Origin: a virus
Lineage: Duplodnaviria; Caudoviricetes
Strand: one strand, 5' to 3'
Length of the DNA: 24,632 nucleotides
Virus record (IMG/VR): IMGVR_UViG_3300020044_004401
Span: 1 to 24,632 of that record
Shown here piece after piece: positions 18,817 to 24,632 of the stretch. A program made the translations under genes and the position numbers. The notes below the pieces were generated by a model. It was given only the letters and a program-made list of their open reading frames with translations, was not told the origin of the DNA and searched no databases. Every line of letters begins with the position of its first letter. The first letter of the stretch is position 1.

Positions 18817-21155
18817 TGAAAGTATTTGAGCTTAAAATAGACGAAGAAGATGACTTATCAGGTATTCAATATATCAGTATTGTAAAAGACCCCGCAACAC
18901 AAATTGCTTGGGAGGTTTTCAACAATCAAGAAGAACCTTTAAGTTGTTCCCACAGGGAAGATTTACCCCAAGAAGCAATTGACTTGTTGGATAATTACGG
19001 GACTATTGTAAGTCCTGAAGCATTTTTCAATGCTGAAATAAAAGATATTGATGAATTGGTATTTGAAACATTTGCTGTTCCAAATATCAATCCTGACCCT
19101 AAAGCACCTTGTAAGTTTAGTGATGATAATAGTGATACAGCATCAGTTATATCAAGATATATCTATGTGGTAGATACAGGTGTTGGAGCACCTTTAATTA
19201 AAACATCAAGACAACTATGTCGTAAAATGTTATTATCACAGAAGGTATGGTCGGCTTGTGATTTACAAAAATATTCTGTAGCCCTTACAAGTCAAAGTGA
19301 TACATTCAAATTAGTTCCAAGACCACATACAGCACCACAAGTAGATTTCTTTACCTACAAATCTGGGAAATATTGTCGTCATAAGTTTGTTCAAATTGAT
19401 TTTCCTATTGGATTAAATGAAACATACGAACAGGCATTAGCCAAAATACCATTAAAAGCACAAACTGCTTTAGCAAATGGAACTATATTAGCACAAGATG
19501 GCAGACCTTTCCAAAGTGAATGGAGTATTGACCCACCAAAAAAGACAGGTATGTCTGCTGAAAATAACTTAAAACCTATTGGTTTCCATTTTGGATTGTT
19601 TGTATATCCAACAAGGTTCGCAGCTCTAACTGCTGAACCAACAGCGAAAACCATTACTAAAGTTAAGATGGGTGATATGACTGGTTATTGTCCTGTTGAA
19701 ATCACACCTGAATACTTTGAAGGGACTGCTGAAGTGGTAGAACACTTCAAGGTTAGGGAAGCATTTGCTGTCCCTACAAAAGAAATCCAAGACACAGCAC
19801 AAAAGGTTTTGGATTGGGTAGAAGAAAATGGTTGGGGAAGTTGTGGGACTGAAGTTGGTAAAGTTAGAGCAAACCAACTGGCAAAAGGCGACAACATTTC
19901 CCTTGAAACCATTACCCGTATGTTTTCATACCTATCCCGTCATAAGAAAGATTTAGAAGCATCAACATCTTACGAAGATGGTTGTGGAAAACTTATGTAT
20001 GATAGTTGGGGTGGTGAAGCAGCATTAGGTTGGGCTGAAAGGGAAATGAAGAAAGCAACTGAAATGAATGTAATGTTTTCAAGCGACGAGTTCAAAGGTG
20101 ATATTACCGCAGTTGTATTCCAACCAAACCAAAAGATATACAGATGGGATAGTGAAACAAATACCCCTTACTATGTCTTTATGTCCCGTGATACGATTAG
20201 ATTGATGTTGATGAAGTTGTCTAAAAACAAACCAAAAGACCTTATCAACTATGAACATTCAGGAATGGTGTTTTCAGGTGATGAAGTTTATTCTTATGAA
20301 AACTGGTTGGTAGGTGATAATCCTGAATTGGATAAGTCATACGAAATGTTTGGAAGAACATTTGAGCCAGGAACCTGGATGACTACAATTCACTTCAATA
20401 ACAGAAAGATATTTGACGAGTTCATTTTGTCTAATAAGACAGCTGGTATTTCATTAGAAGGTATGTTTGAAGAAGTCCCTTTTAATTTCTTTGATGTTAA
20501 AAAAGAAGGATTTATTGAACCAAAACCAGGTCAGTCAAAAGAAGATTATTTGGCAGAATGTATCCCTTATGTAATTAAGGAAGGAGCAACCCAAGAACAA
20601 GCGGCTGGTAAATGTTATGGAATGTGGAAAAATAAGATGACTGATGAAAAGTTTGATGAAGGTGATAAAGTATCATTTGATTACGATGATACACTTTCAA
20701 CTGATGAAGGTAAGAAATTGGCTATTGGTGAAATTGAAAGTGGTTCTATGGTCTATATCATTTCCGCAAGAAATGATAAAGAAGGTATGTTAGGAACTGC
20801 TGATGATTTGGGTATTCCACACGACAGGGTATTCGCTACTGGTTCTAATAAAGCGAAGGTTGAAAAGATTAAGGAATTAGGTATTTCTAAACACTACGAC
20901 AACAACCAAGATGTGATTGATGAATTAGGTTCAATCGGGGAAAAGTTCATTACTGAATATATCCCTTATGACGAATTAGCTGATAGTATCTGTGGGACTT
21001 GTGATGATGAAGATGGAAGTATCTACAATTATTTCAACGAAGAAGATGCTGAAGAAACGATTGAAGCATTAAAAGAATTATTAAAAAGTAATGGATTTTC
21101 TAAAATTGAAGAAGAAACATTATTTAGATTAAACAAAAAGAAACTATTTAACTAA
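18816..21155 (+). CDS. multidomain head maturation protein: XkdF-like putative protease with MuF-like and HAD-like modules
   Basis: ISIVKDPA N-terminus; core PNQKIYR...YYVFMSRDTI...INYEH...ENW...PGTW...GISLEGMF; CRKM...CRHKF module; SFDYDDTL...IISAR...K...HYDNN module. Upstream of scaffold and capsid genes. Confidence 0.7.
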   Translation: MKVFELKIDEEDDLSGIQYISIVKDPATQIAWEVFNNQEEPLSCSHREDLPQEAIDLLDNYGTIVSPEAFFNAEIKDIDELVFETFAVPNINPDPKAPCKFSDDNSDTASVISRYIYVVDTGVGAPLIKTSRQLCRKMLLSQKVWSACDLQKYSVALTSQSDTFKLVPRPHTAPQVDFFTYKSGKYCRHKFVQIDFPIGLNETYEQALAKIPLKAQTALANGTILAQDGRPFQSEWSIDPPKKTGMSAENNLKPIGFHFGLFVYPTRFAALTAEPTAKTITKVKMGDMTGYCPVEITPEYFEGTAEVVEHFKVREAFAVPTKEIQDTAQKVLDWVEENGWGSCGTEVGKVRANQLAKGDNISLETITRMFSYLSRHKKDLEASTSYEDGCGKLMYDSWGGEAALGWAEREMKKATEMNVMFSSDEFKGDITAVVFQPNQKIYRWDSETNTPYYVFMSRDTIRLMLMKLSKNKPKDLINYEHSGMVFSGDEVYSYENWLVGDNPELDKSYEMFGRTFEPGTWMTTIHFNNRKIFDEFILSNKTAGISLEGMFEEVPFNFFDVKKEGFIEPKPGQSKEDYLAECIPYVIKEGATQEQAAGKCYGMWKNKMTDEKFDEGDKVSFDYDDTLSTDEGKKLAIGEIESGSMVYIISARNDKEGMLGTADDLGIPHDRVFATGSNKAKVEKIKELGISKHYDNNQDVIDELGSIGEKFITEYIPYDELADSICGTCDDEDGSIYNYFNEEDAEETIEALKELLKSNGFSKIEEETLFRLNKKKLFN

Positions 21156-21156
21156 T

Positions 21157-21528
21157 ATGGCAACACCACAATTTACAAACTTTTTATCATCGCTAAATAG
21201 CTGTAAGCAGCAAGCGATATTTTGGCATAATCAAACCACATCATTTTCACAACACAAAGCATTAAACAATTTCTATAATGAAATCTTGGGATTGTTAGAT
21301 GGATTGGTTGAAAGTGTTGCGGGGATTTACGGAAGACCTATGGGTTATACTACACACGAACCTGTTGATTATACTTCAAAGGAAGATACAATCGCATACT
21401 TCAAGAAGGTCTATGACTATGTTGAAGGTGAAAGAAAGAACCTATACCAAGAAAGTTGGATACAGAACCAAATTGACGAAATCGCTGCTTTGGTTGCTGA
21501 AACATTATATCTGCTTTCCCTTGATTAA
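21157..21528 (+). CDS. Dps/ferritin-like four-helix protein (DUF5856-like)
   Basis: WHNQTTSFSQHKALNNFYNEILGLLDGLVE parallels the Dps H...H...D...E ligand pattern. C-terminal QNQIDEI...TLYLL. Confidence 0.7.
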   Translation: MATPQFTNFLSSLNSCKQQAIFWHNQTTSFSQHKALNNFYNEILGLLDGLVESVAGIYGRPMGYTTHEPVDYTSKEDTIAYFKKVYDYVEGERKNLYQESWIQNQIDEIAALVAETLYLLSLD

Positions 21529-21560
21529 AGAAATTAAAAATGTCTATCAGGTTTGATGGA

Positions 21561-21569
21561 TATATTTAT
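21561..21569 (+). promoter_or_regulatory. TATATTTAT motif upstream of scaffold/capsid genes
   Basis: Third intergenic copy, ending 28 nt before ATG 21598. Confidence 0.5.
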
Positions 21570-21597
21570 GATAAACAATAAAAACAAAATAAAAATT

Positions 21598-22155
21598 ATG
21601 AAAAATATTGAATTACTACAAAAAGTAGCTGACCTAGTCGGTTTCAAGTTTTCAAGTGTTTCTGCTGAAAGTTTCGCTGAAGCCAAATTGTTTGATGGTA
21701 AAATCATCACAAATGGTGCTGCTGGTGATTTCGTTATGGGTGATACAATCACTATCAAGAACGCTGATGGAACATTTAGTCCATTAGAAGCAGGTGAATA
21801 TACTTTGGCTGATGAAGCTTTAATCTATGTTATTGATGTAGATGGTAAGTTGCTTGAAATTAAACATTCAACACCTGAAGGTGAAGATGGTGGAGAAGCT
21901 GCTGTTGAAGAAGTTGCTTCAACTGAAATGAATGAAAGCTCACAATTAGAAGCATTAAAAACTGCGATACACGATGTATTGTTTGCGTTTGAAGCACACG
22001 CTAAAGAAATTGCTGATTTGAAAGCTGATTTAACAGCATTTAAGAAAGAGGCAAAACATAATCCGTTGAAAGAAGATACTTTGATGTCTAACGCTTTTTC
22101 TGGCGATAGAAGATATGAAATCTTGAAACAGATGAAAGAAAATAACAGAAAATAA
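21598..22155 (+). CDS. putative capsid scaffolding protein (start revised from 21553)
   Basis: Acidic, C-terminal coiled coil, directly before the capsid gene. Start context is identical over 21 bp to that of the capsid gene. Confidence 0.65.
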   Translation: MKNIELLQKVADLVGFKFSSVSAESFAEAKLFDGKIITNGAAGDFVMGDTITIKNADGTFSPLEAGEYTLADEALIYVIDVDGKLLEIKHSTPEGEDGGEAAVEEVASTEMNESSQLEALKTAIHDVLFAFEAHAKEIADLKADLTAFKKEAKHNPLKEDTLMSNAFSGDRRYEILKQMKENNRK

Positions 22156-22188
22156 AAAATAAAAACAAACTAATAAAAAATAAAAATT

Positions 22189-23124
22189 ATGAAAAATCTA
22201 AAAAACTTTAATTTTGATTTTGATACAACAGGAATGGTAGATTACTTAAACGCTAATGCGGATTTACTTTTACACAAAATCGTAATGGATACTATTGAAA
22301 GTTCTACTTACAAAGTAATCCCTAACATCAAGTATGGCGAGTTAATCCCAGTTTATGAAACAGGAGCAATTGACGACATCGCATTTCCAGGGACATCTTG
22401 TCAGTTTTCTGGTGGAACTATTGAATTAACTGAAAGAGAACTGAAAGTTTGTCAGTATAATATACAGAAAAATTGGTGTGATGACGAACTTAATAGAACA
22501 ATATTGAGTGTTCGTTTATCACCAGGTTCTTACCCACCAAACTTGGCTCCTTCAGTTGAAGAGAGTTTTATGAGCGACATTGCTAAAAAGGCTAGTGTTT
22601 ATGCTTCAAGAAAGTTCTGGGGAGCTACTACAGCTGCTGATGGTTGTTCAGGTATTATTGAGCAATTAGAAAGCGCACCTTTCACTGCTGAAACTATCAA
22701 CAAAACTTACACAGCTATGACCCCATCTAATTCAGTAGCAATTACAGACGCATACATATTAGCACTTCCTGCTCCATTAAAAGTAATCAATACGATTATG
22801 GCGTTGAACCACAACGATTTTGCGGCACTTCAACTTGGGCTTCGTAATCAAAACTTATACAATTTTAATCCTATTACTTTAGAGAACGGACAAATGGCAA
22901 TCCAAATCCCTTTCACTAATGTAATTGCGATTTCTTGTGAAATCCCTGCTGGTTATATGGTATTGACTAACGCTGAAAACTTGTTAATGGGAACAGATTT
23001 GTTAAGCGACATTTCTTCACCTATTTCTTGGTATTCTTATGACTTCCAACAAACAAGATTGAAATTGGCTATGAAGATTGGTGCGGCTGTAGGTATTCCA
23101 TCACAGGTTGTATTTGCTTCTTAA
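22189..23124 (+). CDS. major capsid protein
   Basis: 311 aa after the scaffold. PNIK...CQFSGGTIELTEREL...WCDDEL pattern resembles capsid proteins of Bacteroidetes-type phages (from memory). Long A-rich leader and a downstream hairpin. Confidence 0.75.
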   Translation: MKNLKNFNFDFDTTGMVDYLNANADLLLHKIVMDTIESSTYKVIPNIKYGELIPVYETGAIDDIAFPGTSCQFSGGTIELTERELKVCQYNIQKNWCDDELNRTILSVRLSPGSYPPNLAPSVEESFMSDIAKKASVYASRKFWGATTAADGCSGIIEQLESAPFTAETINKTYTAMTPSNSVAITDAYILALPAPLKVINTIMALNHNDFAALQLGLRNQNLYNFNPITLENGQMAIQIPFTNVIAISCEIPAGYMVLTNAENLLMGTDLLSDISSPISWYSYDFQQTRLKLAMKIGAAVGIPSQVVFAS

Positions 23125-23147
23125 TAATTAAAAAAACTATTGGAAAT

Positions 23148-23172
23148 ATCCCCCTTCAACAGAAGGGGGTAT
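23148..23172 (+). promoter_or_regulatory. strong stem-loop without U tract between capsid and tail tube genes
   Basis: CCCCCTTC-AACA-GAAGGGGG perfect 8-bp stem (23150-23169) followed by A-rich sequence. Confidence 0.65.
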
Positions 23173-23214
23173 AACCAAATAAAAACACAAAAACAAAATA
23201 TAAAAAATAATATT

Positions 23215-23799
23215 ATGGCATCTAATTGTATCGTAACCAGCGGGTTAAAATTGGCGTCGTGTGTAAATAATGTTCCCGGTCTTGATAGTTTATTCGTATT
23301 GACTTCAACAGGAACTTCTACAGACGCTCAATTCGCATCTATCACCTATGATGGTGATGGTTATATCACATCATTTTCAGCAGCTACAACAGGTTTAACT
23401 TGGCAACAAATTGACCTTGTTAGAAATAGTAGTGCTGCGTTAAACGAAGAAACAGCGGTAAATATCCCGTCTTTAGGCTTCACGTTTAACACAAAGCTTC
23501 TTTTTACAATTCCGGGGTATTCGCAAGAAAACACAAACCTTTATCAACAAATCGTAAAGAACGTCCAATCTTACTTCATCGTTAAGTTGAAGACAGGTAA
23601 ATATTTCTTGGCAGGTGCTGATGGTGGAATGTTTATTGAAACTGCTACAATCGTATCAGGTTCATTACCAGGTGATGACGCATTGTATTCATTAGGTTTA
23701 ACATCTAATGGTTCTAGAAGCGTTCCTGAAATGTTAGTTCCTACCAACTTGACTGACTTTATGTCTTCAACAGGTTTCGGTATTTACTACAATAACTAA
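23215..23799 (+). CDS. putative major tail tube protein (start revised from 23140)
   Basis: MASNCIVTSG...CVNNVPGL N-terminus, beta-rich, YFIVKLKTGKYFLAG. ATG follows an A-rich leader and the gene is followed by a terminator. Confidence 0.65.
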   Translation: MASNCIVTSGLKLASCVNNVPGLDSLFVLTSTGTSTDAQFASITYDGDGYITSFSAATTGLTWQQIDLVRNSSAALNEETAVNIPSLGFTFNTKLLFTIPGYSQENTNLYQQIVKNVQSYFIVKLKTGKYFLAGADGGMFIETATIVSGSLPGDDALYSLGLTSNGSRSVPEMLVPTNLTDFMSSTGFGIYYNN

Positions 23800-23818
23800 T
23801 AAAAAAAATTACTTTTTT

Positions 23819-23846
23819 ATGGGGGTGTAGAAACCCCCATTTTTTT
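23819..23846 (+). terminator. rho-independent terminator
   Basis: ATGGGGGT-GTAGAA-ACCCCCAT followed by TTTTTT. Confidence 0.85.
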
Positions 23847-23855
23847 AAGCCAATT

Positions 23856-24095
23856 ATGTTGGAAGTAATCAAAGATATAAAAGTTAGAAAGGACAATACT
23901 TATGTTCCAATAACCAAATATAAATTGACTACTTTGCGACTTGATTTACATAGTGAAATAATTACAATAAAGGTGGAGTTTTATAGACACGATGACCTAT
24001 TATTTACCAAACTATTTAAGATGGGTAAATGTGGTGATACGAATGTAAATGAGCTCATAAAACAAGTTCATCAACAAATACAAAATGAAGGTTAA
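23856..24095 (+). CDS. hypothetical protein (79 aa)
   Basis: ORF with AATTATG start, overlapping the next ORF. Confidence 0.65.
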   Translation: MLEVIKDIKVRKDNTYVPITKYKLTTLRLDLHSEIITIKVEFYRHDDLLFTKLFKMGKCGDTNVNELIKQVHQQIQNEG

Positions 24096-24632
24096 ATCAT
24101 TACTTACACAATACTTTCAAGGAGAACAGGTCTATAACTATGGGGGACAAGTTCCAACAATTTTGTTTCCTGAACCAACACCACCACCAAGTCCAAGTCC
24201 AACGCCGACACCTTCAATCACCCCTACTTTAACAAGGACACCAACACCTACGCCAAGTATTAGTCCATCGCAAACTGCGACACCAACAATCACCCCGACC
24301 AATACAACCACACCAACCATCACCCAAACGAATACAAGGACACCTACACCGACAAGAACGACTACGATGACCCCAACACCAACGATGACCCCAACATCAT
24401 CACCAGCGGTTTCGTATCAAACGGGATTATTGGCTATTGATTGTGGTGGTGGAATATACACAGGTGGTGTTAGTGTAAATGTGAATGGAGCACCAATTCC
24501 AATCGTTGCTAGTGGTGGAACTATTGGTAATGGAAATTGTGTAAATCTAATGATTAGAAACAACACAGGTATAATCTATCAAATAAATTATGGTGGTGGA
24601 TTTACGCAGTGTTTAACACCTGGTAATAACTA
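24085..24632 (+). CDS. Pro/Thr-rich (mucin-like linker) protein, 3'-truncated, not in ORF track
   Basis: ATG 24085 is open to the window end: MKVKSLLTQYFQGEQVYNYGGQVPTILFPEPTPPPSPSPTPTPSITPT...SSPAVSYQTGLLAIDCGGG... Confidence 0.8.
   Translation, partial: MKVKSLLTQYFQGEQVYNYGGQVPTILFPEPTPPPSPSPTPTPSITPTLTRTPTPTPSISPSQTATPTITPTNTTTPTITQTNTRTPTPTRTTTMTPTPTMTPTSSPAVSYQTGLLAIDCGGGIYTGGVSVNVNGAPIPIVASGGTIGNGNCVNLMIRNNTGIIYQINYGGGFTQCLTPGNN

Noticed and set aside
6970-21556. Nested + strand alternative-frame ORFs (6970, 11898, 12312, 13777, 21299)
   Set aside because: Off-frame shadows of repetitive or biased coding sequence, without good start contexts.
21553-23214. Track starts at 21553 (TTG) and 23140 (TTG)
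   Set aside because: The extensions run through a promoter-like motif, a hairpin and A-rich leaders. ATG 21598 and ATG 23215 fit better.
2975-24095. Genome-wide stop-codon reassignment (code 4, 15 or 25)
   Set aside because: Long genes translate intact in code 11, Trp uses TGG, and there is only one internal TGA and no internal TAG.
727-24323. Minus-strand ORFs in the track (e.g. 2157..2444, 6929..7246, 17820..18113, 24138..24323)
   Set aside because: They lie antisense to convincing + strand genes and show no recognisable motifs. The PEVP-like and VGV-like repeats are mirror translations of the GTS and PT repeats.

Overview
AT-rich fragment of a tailed dsDNA phage (siphovirus-like), probably infecting a Bacteroidetes host: TAnnTTTG promoters and A-rich starts without Shine-Dalgarno sequences. 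All credible genes are on the + strand. 1-2860 holds small hypothetical genes, several with their own promoter, closed by a terminator. The morphogenesis block then runs in a non-canonical order: large terminase, DNA methyltransferase, RHH-like protein, frameshifted tail chaperone pair, tail-terminator-like protein fused to a Gly-X-X fibre, LRR protein, neck/tail completion, two tail-tip proteins, tape measure, multidomain XkdF-like head protein, Dps-like protein, scaffold, major capsid, tail tube and a truncated Pro/Thr-rich protein. Main observations: (i) a -1 frameshift cassette (T TTT TTA plus a nested hairpin); (ii) a single in-frame TGA splitting a tail-tip gene where the 28 other stops are TAA; (iii) a possible self-processing head polyprotein with MuF-like and HAD-like modules; (iv) adhesin-like grafts on several structural proteins; (v) apparent avoidance of GATC, TGCA, GTAC, TCGA and GANTC. 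Family calls come from motifs recognised by eye, not database searches.
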